Assembly: GCA_018141785.1 (NCBI GenBank)
Contig: CP073341.1
Location: forward strand, 633,251-697,250
Reading direction: 5' to 3'
Origin: Candidatus Paraprochloron terpiosi LD05
Lineage (GTDB): Bacteria; Cyanobacteriota; Cyanobacteriia; Cyanobacteriales; Prochloraceae
DNA: 64,000 bases
This document shows, one piece after another, positions 22,526 through 32,157 of the stretch (its first letter is position 1; every line of letters starts with the position of its first letter). Under the pieces are notes generated by a model. The model was not told the DNA's origin and searched no databases. It saw nothing but the letters and a program-made list of their open reading frames with translations. The translations under genes were made by a program, and so were the position numbers.

Positions 22526-22792
22526 GTGCCACGCTTCGGTACCTTGACACTCACCGTTACCCTGCCAGATAAAGTTTACCAAGAGTGCAACGACACAACT
22601 GGAAATGCCACAGCAAATCAAGACGATCGCCTCAGTTTGTTACTAGATAACCAACAGGGGGGAACTCTCTCAAAAAGGGAGCGCGGTGAACTATCAGCCT
22701 TAATGGAACTCTATCAAGAAGGGTTGCTGCGTAAAGCACAAGGCTTAAGAGAAGCAGTCAAACGAGGACTTATAAAACCATTAGCACCATGA
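22526..22792 (+). CDS. Small hypothetical protein (possibly truncated) preceding an HNH fragment
   Basis: RLSLLLD.QQ.G.L...ERGEL..L...Y..G.LRKAQ pattern. Confidence 0.45.
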   Translation: MPRFGTLTLTVTLPDKVYQECNDTTGNATANQDDRLSLLLDNQQGGTLSKRERGELSALMELYQEGLLRKAQGLREAVKRGLIKPLAP

Positions 22793-22920
22793 GTTCTGGT
22801 AGAATATCATCAGAACTGCGGGGACGTATTCGAGAACAAGCAGGGGATCGCTGTGGTTATTGCCGCAGTTTGCAGAAATATGTTTTGGGAAGATTAAAGA
22901 TTGAATATATTATTTCTACA
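22789..22920 (+). pseudogene. N-terminal fragment of an HNH endonuclease
   Basis: Reads MSSGRISSELRGRIREQAGDRCGYCRS..IEYII and then runs into the next porin's upstream region. Confidence 0.6.
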
Positions 22921-22940
22921 GTAAGTGGAAGAAAGAAAAA

Positions 22941-24614
22941 ATGTCAAAGTTATTCTGGCAACTAAGTAAAACAGCTACAGCAGTAATCGCCGCTTCCATA
23001 TTAGTGGCTAATGGTAACGTAGCAGCCCAAACCACGTCAGGAGAAAAGAACGTCTTAGAACTAATAGATCAAGAGCAAGACTCTATGGGGCAAATAAATA
23101 ACGTCTTTCAGTTGCGGGATCTCAGTCCAGATCACTGGTCATTTGACGCCCTGCGAAACTTAGTAGAGAAGTATCAGTGTCTGAGTGGATTTGAAGACGG
23201 CACCTTCCGAGGGGAACTGATGTTGAACCGCTATCAGTTCGCCGCAGCTTTAAATAAATGTCTAGCATCCATTGAGCGCTTAATCCAAACCAGCGCTCAA
23301 TCCAATCCCAGAAGCGAGGAACGGGTTAGACTTGGAAATCGGGAATTGCGTCAAATCAAAAGGTTAACAGAGGAGTTTGAAGCAGAATTAGCAGTTCTGG
23401 GGGCTCGGGTAGACGACTTAGAAGGAAAGGTGGATTTCCTAGAAGAACATCAGTTTTCTACAACCACCAAGCTACAAGGGAAAGTAATATTTACTCTAGC
23501 AGGTGCTTTTGGGGATGAACAGGCAGTTCCAAGTGGCACAAGAGCAACTACCGCACCACCAATTAATGACAATATTACCTTCAGCGATCGCGTTCGTTTA
23601 AATTTCCAGACTAGCTTCACTGGAAAGGATTTACTGCTCACCCGCCTCCAAGTTGGAAACTTCGTAAGGTTGGACACAGGTGTAACTGGGACAGATATGA
23701 CTCGCTTGGAGGATGACACAGTCGGAGACAACAATGTTCAATTAGACGATTTGTGGTATCGTTTCCCGGTGGGAGATCAAACCCGCATCCATATTGGGAC
23801 AAGTTCCCTGGACTTTGATGATATTTTCAATGTCTTGAATCCCTACTTTGCCAGCAATGAAACAGGCGCACTTTCTCGGTTTGGACGACTGCACCCATTG
23901 GTACATCGTGGTTCAGAGGGTACAGGAATTGGTGTTAATCACAAAATTAGCGACCAATTTAAAATATCTGCACTCTATTTAGCAGATACTAGCTTGGCTT
24001 CTAACCCCAGTCAATCACAGGGATTGTTTAACGGTGCTTATAGTACTGGTGTCCAGCTAGACTACGCCCCAACAGAAGATCTAGATTTGGCTTTCATCTA
24101 TTTACACAGCTATCAACCAGATGGCTCGGTTAATGTTTCCGGTGGTACTGGGAGTCAGTTTGCTAGCGCTCCCTTCATAAACCCCGACCAAACGTCAGCA
24201 GCAACTTCAACAGATCGCTTTGGCATAGGGGCAAATTGGAAGGCGAGCGATCGGATTAATATTGGTGGTTGGTTCGGTTTAGCACTGGCTAATTTGGAAA
24301 CGCAAGTTCAGGACGCGCCATCAGATTCCAGTGCTACAATCATTAGCTGGTCAATCAACGTTGCTTTCCCAGATCTAGGTGGGGAGGGAAATGTAGGGGG
24401 ACTAATATTTGGCATGCCGCCCAAAGTAACTGACAGCGATCTGAATTCGCGAGTAGATAACGACTCTTCCTTCCACATCGAAGCCCTGTATCGTTACCAA
24501 GTCAACGAAAATATCCACGTCACTCCAGGACTTTATGTTATCCTAAATCCAGAACACAATGAAGATAATGGGACAATATTTGTAGGGGCGCTTCGGACCA
24601 CCTTTAAGTTCTAG
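22941..24614 (+). CDS. Second SLH-domain/OprB-type porin
   Basis: Paralog of 20810-22429. Confidence 0.92.
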   Translation: MSKLFWQLSKTATAVIAASILVANGNVAAQTTSGEKNVLELIDQEQDSMGQINNVFQLRDLSPDHWSFDALRNLVEKYQCLSGFEDGTFRGELMLNRYQFAAALNKCLASIERLIQTSAQSNPRSEERVRLGNRELRQIKRLTEEFEAELAVLGARVDDLEGKVDFLEEHQFSTTTKLQGKVIFTLAGAFGDEQAVPSGTRATTAPPINDNITFSDRVRLNFQTSFTGKDLLLTRLQVGNFVRLDTGVTGTDMTRLEDDTVGDNNVQLDDLWYRFPVGDQTRIHIGTSSLDFDDIFNVLNPYFASNETGALSRFGRLHPLVHRGSEGTGIGVNHKISDQFKISALYLADTSLASNPSQSQGLFNGAYSTGVQLDYAPTEDLDLAFIYLHSYQPDGSVNVSGGTGSQFASAPFINPDQTSAATSTDRFGIGANWKASDRINIGGWFGLALANLETQVQDAPSDSSATIISWSINVAFPDLGGEGNVGGLIFGMPPKVTDSDLNSRVDNDSSFHIEALYRYQVNENIHVTPGLYVILNPEHNEDNGTIFVGALRTTFKF

Positions 24615-24697
24615 CTCAAAACCCTCAAAAAATGCCCGTACAGCTGACCCGGATAGCTATATAATGGGAAATTGTGACTAAATAAGGGGAAAGAGCA

Positions 24698-25060
24698 ATG
24701 AATGCAGAAGCGATTATTCGCTCCATCGAAGCAGAACACCTAAAAAATGACTTGCCGCAAATCTACGTCGGCGATACAGTGCGGGTAGGGGTGAAAATTA
24801 AAGAAGGGAACAAAGAAAGAGTTCAACCCTATGAAGGCACAGTAATCGCCATGCGAAACGGGGGGATAAATGAAACAATTACCGTGCGGAAGATATTCCA
24901 GGGTGTTGGTGTAGAAAGAGTATTTCTGCTCCACTCCCCCATCGTAGATAAGATAAAGGTGGTTCGGAGTGGTAAAGTAAGAAGAGCGAAGCTTTATTAC
25001 CTGCGGGATCGCGTTGGCAAAGCTGCTCGGATCAAGCAAAGGTTCGAGCGCCCTATTTAA
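24698..25060 (+). CDS. rplS: 50S ribosomal protein L19
   Basis: [14 protein letters not shown]. Confidence 0.97.
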   Translation: MNAEAIIRSIEAEHLKNDLPQIYVGDTVRVGVKIKEGNKERVQPYEGTVIAMRNGGINETITVRKIFQGVGVERVFLLHSPIVDKIKVVRSGKVRRAKLYYLRDRVGKAARIKQRFERPI

Positions 25061-25134
25061 TCCAGACTCCGGCAGCGCAAGGAAAAAATAAAACTTGCGC
25101 TATAATCTAAACTAAGATAGAATAAAAGTGAAGT

Positions 25135-25207
25135 GCGCTCTTAGTTCAGTTGGTAGAACGCTGGTCTCCAAAACCAGATGTCAGGGGTTCGAGTCCTCTA
25201 GAGCGCG
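25135..25207 (+). tRNA. trnW: tRNA-Trp(CCA)
   Basis: GCGCTCT/AGAGCGC acceptor stem, anticodon arm CTGGT-CTCCAAA-ACCAG, GTTCGA T-loop. Confidence 0.96.
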
Positions 25208-25286
25208 TAGTCCTTGCCATGAGAAAAGTTAATTTTTAATTTAATTGTGTTATAATAGAGAACAGACTAGGGAGAGGGGACTGAAG

Positions 25287-25511
25287 GTGGCCAAAAAAGA
25301 AAGTACCGAGACCAAAAAAAAAACCAATGATTTTAACCTAGCTAAATTTGTCGGTGAAACAAAAGAAGAACTGAATAAAGTAGTTTGGCCTTCTCGCCAG
25401 CAGTTATTCAGCGAGTCAGCCGCTGTCATCTTAATGGTAATTTTGGTGGCAACAACCATTTCTCTAGTGGATAAATTATTTGCATGGGGATCGGGGATTG
25501 TATTTGGATGA
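25287..25511 (+). CDS. secE: Preprotein translocase SecE
   Basis: ELNKVVWPSRQQL motif; gene order. Confidence 0.94.
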   Translation: MAKKESTETKKKTNDFNLAKFVGETKEELNKVVWPSRQQLFSESAAVILMVILVATTISLVDKLFAWGSGIVFG

Positions 25512-26125
25512 GTTTTGCTACTGATGGAATGGACGAACAAGGACAGGAACTTGATTTTGAGCAAAAGCCTCGCTGGTATGCAGTGCAAGTAGCCTCTGGC
25601 TGCGAAAAACAGGTCAAAATAAACCTGGAACAGCGTATTCATAATCTGGATGTAGCAGATCGCATATTGCAGGTGCAAATTCCCAAAACCTCCATCGTCA
25701 AAATCAAGAAAGATGGCTCCCGGCAACAGGTAAAAGAAAAAGTCTTCCCAGGCTACATCCTCATCGAAATGATGCTGGATGATGAAGCGTGGCAGGTGGT
25801 GAAAAGCACCCCTCACATCATTAACTTTGTCGGGGCAGAGCAAAAACCTCGCTATGGTAGGGGCAGAGGTCACGTAAAACCACTACCCCTATGTAATGCA
25901 GAAGTAGAGCGAATCTTTAAACAAGCAGAAGCTGAAGAGGTCCCAGTCCAAATCGATCAACAAGTGGGAGACAAAATTTTGGTACTATCCGGTCCCTTTA
26001 AAGATTTTGAAGGGGAAGTGGTGGAAGTGTTCCCAGAAAGGAACAAATTAAGAGCACTGCTGTCAATTTTTGGGCGAGATACTCCAGTAGAATTGGAAAT
26101 CAATCAGATTGAGAAACAAAATTAA
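25508..26125 (+). CDS. nusG: Transcription factor NusG
   Basis: [18 protein letters not shown] domain, [10 protein letters not shown]. Confidence 0.96.
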   Translation: MSFATDGMDEQGQELDFEQKPRWYAVQVASGCEKQVKINLEQRIHNLDVADRILQVQIPKTSIVKIKKDGSRQQVKEKVFPGYILIEMMLDDEAWQVVKSTPHIINFVGAEQKPRYGRGRGHVKPLPLCNAEVERIFKQAEAEEVPVQIDQQVGDKILVLSGPFKDFEGEVVEVFPERNKLRALLSIFGRDTPVELEINQIEKQN

Positions 26126-26547
26126 TGGCCAAGAAAGTCGTAGCACTGATAAAATTGGCGTTGCCTGCCGGAAAAGCTAATCCAGCACCCCCCGTGGGGC
26201 CAGCATTGGGTCAGCACGGCGTCAATATCATGGCGTTTTGTAAAGAATACAACGCCAGCACTGCTAACCAAGCAGGGATGGTAATTCCAGTCGAAATTTC
26301 TGTCTATGAAGACCGGAGTTTTACCTTTGTCCTCAAAACCCCCCCAGCATCGGTACTGATCCGCAAAGCAGCAAGGATAGAAAAAGGCGCCAGCGAACCC
26401 AACAAACAAACAGTTGGCACTATTACTAGGGCCCAATTACAGGAAATAGCCCAGACGAAAATGCCCGATCTCAACGCTAATGATATTGAGGCAGCAATGA
26501 AAATTGTGGCCGGAACCGCCCGCAATATGGGTGTAGCTATACAGTGA
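26125..26547 (+). CDS. rplK: 50S ribosomal protein L11
   Basis: [14 protein letters not shown]. Confidence 0.97.
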   Translation: MAKKVVALIKLALPAGKANPAPPVGPALGQHGVNIMAFCKEYNASTANQAGMVIPVEISVYEDRSFTFVLKTPPASVLIRKAARIEKGASEPNKQTVGTITRAQLQEIAQTKMPDLNANDIEAAMKIVAGTARNMGVAIQ

Positions 26548-26562
26548 CCAGTAATTAATTGT

Positions 26563-26600
26563 TTTTGCCTAACATACTAATATTATTTAGTTAGGCAAAA
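26563..26600 (+). terminator. Inverted repeat between rplK and rplA
   Basis: TTTTGCCTAAC...GTTAGGCAAAA; may instead be an RNA-stabilising hairpin. Confidence 0.4.
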
Positions 26601-26678
26601 TAAAAATAAGCGTAAATCGCTTTGTAAAGAAATAATGGGGAGAGGCATTAGCTTCGTTAACCACCCAAGGAGAAAAAA

Positions 26679-27392
26679 ATGGCAAAAAAATTGTCACGCC
26701 GACTGAGAGAAGCTTTAGCAAAAGTTGAACAAGATAAAGCCTACGAGCCTTTGGAGAGCCTTTCGCTGCTCAAAGAGACCGCTACAGCTAAATTTAACGA
26801 AACAGCAGAAGTTCACGTCCGTTTAGGTATCGACCCAAAATATACTGACCAGCAGTTGCGCACTACGGTAAGTTTCCCCAAAGGAACAGGTCAAACAGTA
26901 AGAGTAGCAGTAATTACCCAGGGGGAGAAAGTAACTGATGCAAATAACGCAGGAGCAGATATAGTTGGTTCCGAAGAACTGATTGAAGAAATCCAAAAAG
27001 GAAGAATGGATTTTGACCTGGTGATTGCCACCCCGGATATGATGCCCAAAGTAGCAAAATTGGGACGGTTGCTGGGTCCAAGGGGTTTAATGCCCTCTCC
27101 TAAAGGAGGCACCGTGACTAACGATCTAACAGGAGCGATCGCCGACTTTAAAGGGGGTAAACAAGAATTTCGAGCCGACAGAACCGGGATAGTTCACGTC
27201 ATGTTCGGCAAAGCTTCTTTCCCAGCAGAAGACCTCCTGGTCAACTTAAAAGCCTTGCAGGAAACCATTGACCGAAATCGTCCCAGCGGTGCAAAAGGTC
27301 GCTATTGGCGCAGCGTGTATGTCTCAGCTTCCATGGGACCGTCAATCCAGGTGGATGTTAGTGCTTTGCGAGATTTGAAGTTGACTGAATAA
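26679..27392 (+). CDS. rplA: 50S ribosomal protein L1
   Basis: [14 protein letters not shown]. Confidence 0.97.
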   Translation: MAKKLSRRLREALAKVEQDKAYEPLESLSLLKETATAKFNETAEVHVRLGIDPKYTDQQLRTTVSFPKGTGQTVRVAVITQGEKVTDANNAGADIVGSEELIEEIQKGRMDFDLVIATPDMMPKVAKLGRLLGPRGLMPSPKGGTVTNDLTGAIADFKGGKQEFRADRTGIVHVMFGKASFPAEDLLVNLKALQETIDRNRPSGAKGRYWRSVYVSASMGPSIQVDVSALRDLKLTE

Positions 27393-27439
27393 GGATAATT
27401 TTGATACAATTTGCCAACAACAATCAAAAACCAACAATC

Positions 27440-27550
27440 AACCCAAGACAGCAGGTGCCAAAAGCTTAATTTCCTGCCGAGGTGGATACCAATACTCCCA
27501 TAGTCAACCATGGGAGGCGAGTAAAACCCCGGCGAAATGCTAGGGGTTTA
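27440..27550 (+). promoter_or_regulatory. Ribosomal protein L10 leader RNA
   Basis: CCAAGACAGCAGG..CTTAA..CCTGCCGAGG consensus upstream of rplJ. Confidence 0.75.
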
Positions 27551-27589
27551 ATTTTGTCTGCGCTCCCCCAAAAGGAGGTGAGAAGAGAA

Positions 27590-28150
27590 ATGGGAAAAAG
27601 TCGGAAAGAGAAACAAGCCTTGGTGGCGGATATCAAAGAAACGTTGAGTAATTCTCAACTAGCCGTGGTTATTGACTACAAAGGGCTATCGGTGGCAGAA
27701 ATCACCGATTTGCGCGATCGCCTGCGCCCCACAGGTGCCATTTGTCAGGTGACCAAAAACACCTTCATGCGCAAGGCGTGTGAAGAGGATGAAAACTGGC
27801 AGCCAATGACCCAATTTCTGGCAGGTTCATCAGCCTTTCTGCTGGTCAAAGACGATATTGGCGGTGCAGTTAGGGCTTATCAAGCATTCCAAAAAGACAC
27901 CAAGAAAACAGAATTTCGCGGTGGCGTAATGCAGGGTCAAGCCTTAAACGAAGAGCAAGTAAAGGCGATCGCCGACTTGCCTTCTAAGGAAGAACTGATT
28001 GCCCAAATTGCTGGCGCCCTCAATTCTATTGGCACGAAACTGGCACGGGGTATCAACGAAGTGCCTACATCCCTGGCACGGGGTATCAACGAAGTGCCTG
28101 CATCTCTTGGTCGCGTTGTGGGAGCCATTTCCACCACTGATAAAGAGTAA
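27590..28150 (+). CDS. rplJ: 50S ribosomal protein L10
   Basis: DYKGLSVAEITDLR, KNT and LPSKEEL motifs; GGAGG RBS. Confidence 0.96.
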   Translation: MGKSRKEKQALVADIKETLSNSQLAVVIDYKGLSVAEITDLRDRLRPTGAICQVTKNTFMRKACEEDENWQPMTQFLAGSSAFLLVKDDIGGAVRAYQAFQKDTKKTEFRGGVMQGQALNEEQVKAIADLPSKEELIAQIAGALNSIGTKLARGINEVPTSLARGINEVPASLGRVVGAISTTDKE

Positions 28151-28184
28151 ACATTGTTTTTAATTTCAAAGGAGGAATCTATTG

Positions 28185-28583
28185 ATGTCTGCCACAACTG
28201 ACGAAATCTTGGAAAAGCTCAAATCCCTAACTCTGCTAGAAGCATCAGAATTAGTCAAGCAAATTGAAGAAGCATTTGGCGTCAGCGCTGCTGCTCCTGC
28301 TGGTGGGATGATGATGATGACACAAGGTGGTGCTGGTGGTGCTCCTGCTGAAGAAGAGAAAGAAGAGCAAACCGAATTCGACGTTATTCTCGACGAAGTT
28401 CCCAGCGACAAGAAGATTGCCATTCTCAAGGTAGTCCGGGCCATTACTGGTTTAGGTCTGAAAGAAGCCAAAGAAATGGTAGAATCAGCTCCCAAGGCAA
28501 TTAAAGAAGCAATTGCTAAAGAAGAAGCCGAGGAAATCAAGAAAAAGCTCGAAGATGCTGGTGCCAAAGTCACCATGAAATAA
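28185..28583 (+). CDS. rplL: 50S ribosomal protein L7/L12
   Basis: [13 protein letters not shown]. Confidence 0.97.
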   Translation: MSATTDEILEKLKSLTLLEASELVKQIEEAFGVSAAAPAGGMMMMTQGGAGGAPAEEEKEEQTEFDVILDEVPSDKKIAILKVVRAITGLGLKEAKEMVESAPKAIKEAIAKEEAEEIKKKLEDAGAKVTMK

Positions 28584-28663
28584 ACTTACTACAACTCGAT
28601 CCACGATGGATCGAGTCTTTCGAGCGGCTACTTTGCGCCTTTGCGCGAGACATCCTCAAAGAA

Positions 28664-31600
28664 TCATTCCCTAAAGAACGTCCCATTCACTTGCAATAAT
28701 CGTCCTGTCCTAGAATCTTGGAATCCGGGACTCAGGTGATATAAAGCAAACCCCATTTCTTTGAGTTTATTTAACATCTCCTCAAAGAGCATTTGTCCCT
28801 CATAAAGAGGAACAATAGAGAGTTCTAAGTGAATTCCCTTGATTTTCGAGATAATCTCATTTGCTCCTTTGAGAACTTGCTCCTCATAACCTTGGGTATC
28901 TATCTTGAGCAAAATTCCTGCCATACCATCCATATATTGAGCTGCTGCATCTGAAAGCTTCATCAATTAGAGTCGAGGGAGACGTTACCGCCTCGCCCCT
29001 CTCCTACGAACTGTACATGAGACTTTCACCTCATACAGCTCAGGTGCTTCTATACCTTTACGGCGCGCTTTACGAGTCCGTCTTTAATGCGCTTGCGGTG
29101 TATCGCTTGCGCCTGGTGACATTCCCGATGGAGAGCAACTAAATTCTTACGTTTCCAGTTGTTATGGTTGCCGTCAATGTGGTGCAACTCCACGACACCA
29201 TCCATCTCCATGAACTTACGGTTGCAATGCGGACACTTACCCTTCTGTCGTTTAATGGCTTTGGCGGTTGGCCCACTATATAGATTGGAATTCCGGCCAA
29301 CCCAATAGGGAATATTCCCATCGTAGGGTGAGGCATCACCTTTGACCATTACGTGGCCATTGACTTTCCAGGGAATTGCAGGGAAAGCTTTCTTAATCTG
29401 CTCTGATGTGAGCTGGCGTTTAGCCGCTCCTAAGGGTTTACCCTTGGTAGCCAGACGTCTTGCTTTCTCTGCTTCCTTAATTGCCATCCTGCGTTTTTCT
29501 GCTCTTAGTTTGCGCCATAACCATATCCGCAGTGACCATAGGGCGTGTTTATTCATATCGCAGCTTTTATGGTATTGCCTCCAACCTCGGACTTGTGACT
29601 CAATCCTTTTTAGGCGAGCTTCCGTGGTTGCACCATTTCTCCAAGTGGCTTTAACCTTGGCCTTTATGTCCGCATAATTCTCGGAGCTCGGTGTGGACTT
29701 AAAGACTCCACGGGAATTGACACGAAAGCGCCACCCCAGGAAATCGAATCCTTCCGTAGCTTTACTCACCTTAGTCTTGGTTTCGTTAATTCGTAGCCCT
29801 CTGGACTTTAGAAATTCGTCGATATCTTCCCGTAGCTTCTTGGTGTCGGCTCCGGGTTTACAGATAAAGACCGCATCATCTGCGTAACGTATACCCCTTA
29901 TGAGAGTGCCATCTCGGCGTCTCTTTTTCCATTGGTCAGACCCTAGGTTCTCGAATCCATCTAGGGCGATATTGGCCAGTAGGGGTGAGATAACCCCGCC
30001 TTGGGGGGTACCCTTCATACTGGAGGGATATTCACCACGAACGCCTGCTTTTACAGCTCTCTTTAATCCCTTTAAGGCTTCGATTGGTAGGACTACTCCA
30101 TCGAGCATGACCTGGTGGTCAATTTCGTCAAAGCACTTACTGATGTCTGTTTCCAGTATCAGCTTGTCCTTGCCGTTACACGTCTTCTTAAGTTGGTCAA
30201 AGATGAGCTTTTGTGCGTCCGCAGTACAGCGACCGGGTCGGAAGCCGTAGCTTCTTTCTCCGGCAGTTGCCTCGTAAGCTGGCTCGGCTGCTAACTTTAG
30301 TAGTGCCTGCCACGCCCTGTCAGCTATTGTTGGGATGCCTAATCCACGAGTTTTGCCGTTAGGCTTGGGGATATTTACCCTTCTCAGTTGTTGGTGTTTC
30401 CAGTGGTACCAGTGCTTATTCAGCCTTTGGCATAACACTAGACGCTCATTGGTAGAAAGCGCTGTTTTTCCATCAACTCCGGGGGACTTACGCCCTGTGT
30501 TCAGCTGTGTTACTTGTTTGACGGCCAGAGCTTGAGCTGCACGACTCTGTAATAGGAGCCGTTGTAAACGTTTGACTTTGGCTTTGTGCTTGTCCTTTTG
30601 CGCTTTGAAGATACACCGCTGTAACCGAAATACCTGACCTCGGAATCTCTTCCATGGCACGTCTTTCCAGACATCGTCAGCCCTCCGGCCAATCTTCCCC
30701 GCCAGCAGGAATGCTGCTAAGTGGAGCCTCAAGGCTTTTAGACTGCGGTATTCGATTGAAGTCGGGTTAGTGATATTCACAATTTGACCTCGTTAGTCGC
30801 TCTGATAATTACGTTGGGTATCTTCTCTGTAGAAACCATCGGGCAGTTACGCCCTCTCTTACCCTCGCTTTTCCGATAGGCCGTTAATCAGGCGACCCCA
30901 CCACTCCTGCTCCTGCGCACACGGCAGTCAGGCATTGTTGGGTTTGGAACCCCCTGTTTCCGTGGAAGTTGAGCGAGTTTTTACTCGTTCCGAATGAACT
31001 ATTGTTACGAACCCTTGGGAACTCATCCATTGACCTATCACCAACTCAGGAATGTAAGTGCTTTGTAGTTGCCTTACGAGTTTCTTTCGGTGTTTCTTCT
31101 GTCGTAGGTAACGGTCTTCCGACAGTGTCGAAACTTAGGTCTTTTCTCAGATGATTCACGTTAAGTTATCCCGGTGTTCTCCCTGTTAGCGGAAGTGTCT
31201 CTGCCTAACCGTTTGGCCGCACTTTACCGCCCTGCTGCCAGCTTCAGCCTGATGATTAATCTCACTGTGGCCAGGTAAGGATTCACATGATTCCTTCATG
31301 GGAGAGGCTTGGTTGCACAATTTCTGACTGTGTCCTCACTCTCATAGTTCATTCAGTTGTCAAGGTTCGGTAATCCTGGATAAGAATCGTTTATCCGTTT
31401 TCAGCCCCTTTCGTTGGCTTAGATTATCGGAGACGGTGTCCCGGAACCTTGCTCCTGTTTATGTTTGGCTTACGCCGCGACCTTCACAGGAAACGAGCCG
31501 CACCCTTAACTGTTTCTGAATCAACATAGGTTGAATTCGGTTCAGCATCTATATGGGCCTGTAACATGGGTAAAATAGAACTACTGTGGGAATTCTTGGC

Positions 31601-31957
31601 TATATTAATCTGGATTTCTCCATTTTCATCCCCAAGAGCACATCTTTCAGCTATCTGCCATCTCTTATTACCTTTGCTATTTTCAATTAATTTTTCATAA
31701 GCAGAAGATAAAGGTTCAAAGGAAACGATATTACCTCCATAACCAATCTCGAATATTCGTTGAGCAAATTGTCCTGCATTAGCTCCCACATCAAGGATTA
31801 AATCGATGTTTTGGTAAGTTAGCCTTTTGAGAGCATATGCCCCTTTTTGTTTAGAGTTAATTGCCCTTGCTCGTTCCAATTCCATTGGAACGCGATAATA
31901 TTTAACAATATCTAACCCTAGGGAATGAATAAATTTTTTGATTGATTTCTTCAACAT
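28664..31957 (-). CDS. FkbM-family methyltransferase split by intron 2 (exons 31957-31504 and 28965-28664; 251 aa spliced)
   Basis: LDVGANAGQF and SFEP in exon 1; LKIDTQGYE in exon 2; the junction AAG G|TG ATG is in frame. Confidence 0.9.
28966..31503 (-). mobile_element. Group II intron 2 (family A)
   Basis: GTGCG...CTCTAAT ends, D5/D6, intact ORF. Confidence 0.95.
29050..30780 (-). CDS. Intron-encoded RT/maturase/HNH endonuclease
   Basis: SYGFRPGR, PQGG, YADD, CPHC..HHIDG..N..HRECH. Confidence 0.95.
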   Translation of the reverse strand: MNITNPTSIEYRSLKALRLHLAAFLLAGKIGRRADDVWKDVPWKRFRGQVFRLQRCIFKAQKDKHKAKVKRLQRLLLQSRAAQALAVKQVTQLNTGRKSPGVDGKTALSTNERLVLCQRLNKHWYHWKHQQLRRVNIPKPNGKTRGLGIPTIADRAWQALLKLAAEPAYEATAGERSYGFRPGRCTADAQKLIFDQLKKTCNGKDKLILETDISKCFDEIDHQVMLDGVVLPIEALKGLKRAVKAGVRGEYPSSMKGTPQGGVISPLLANIALDGFENLGSDQWKKRRRDGTLIRGIRYADDAVFICKPGADTKKLREDIDEFLKSRGLRINETKTKVSKATEGFDFLGWRFRVNSRGVFKSTPSSENYADIKAKVKATWRNGATTEARLKRIESQVRGWRQYHKSCDMNKHALWSLRIWLWRKLRAEKRRMAIKEAEKARRLATKGKPLGAAKRQLTSEQIKKAFPAIPWKVNGHVMVKGDASPYDGNIPYWVGRNSNLYSGPTAKAIKRQKGKCPHCNRKFMEMDGVVELHHIDGNHNNWKRKNLVALHRECHQAQAIHRKRIKDGLVKRAVKV

Positions 31958-32157
31958 AGTTCTCTAGAATTCTTTTTAACTAATATAGCAGATTTTGGTA
32001 ATAATTATCTTCCTTTGACATCTGAATCTCCAGCAGTATTGGGGGTAATGACCAAGGGAGGCACGGTACAAAATGCTCTCAAGCGCCGATAATGGAAGAT
32101 ATAGACAAATTCTTAAAGTCCAGAGGGCTAAGGATAAATGAAGCTTCGTAGTCTTCT

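Noticed and set aside
28039-28110. 33-nt tandem repeat in rplJ (LARGINEVP twice)
   Set aside because: In frame, and to my recollection common in cyanobacterial L10 C-termini
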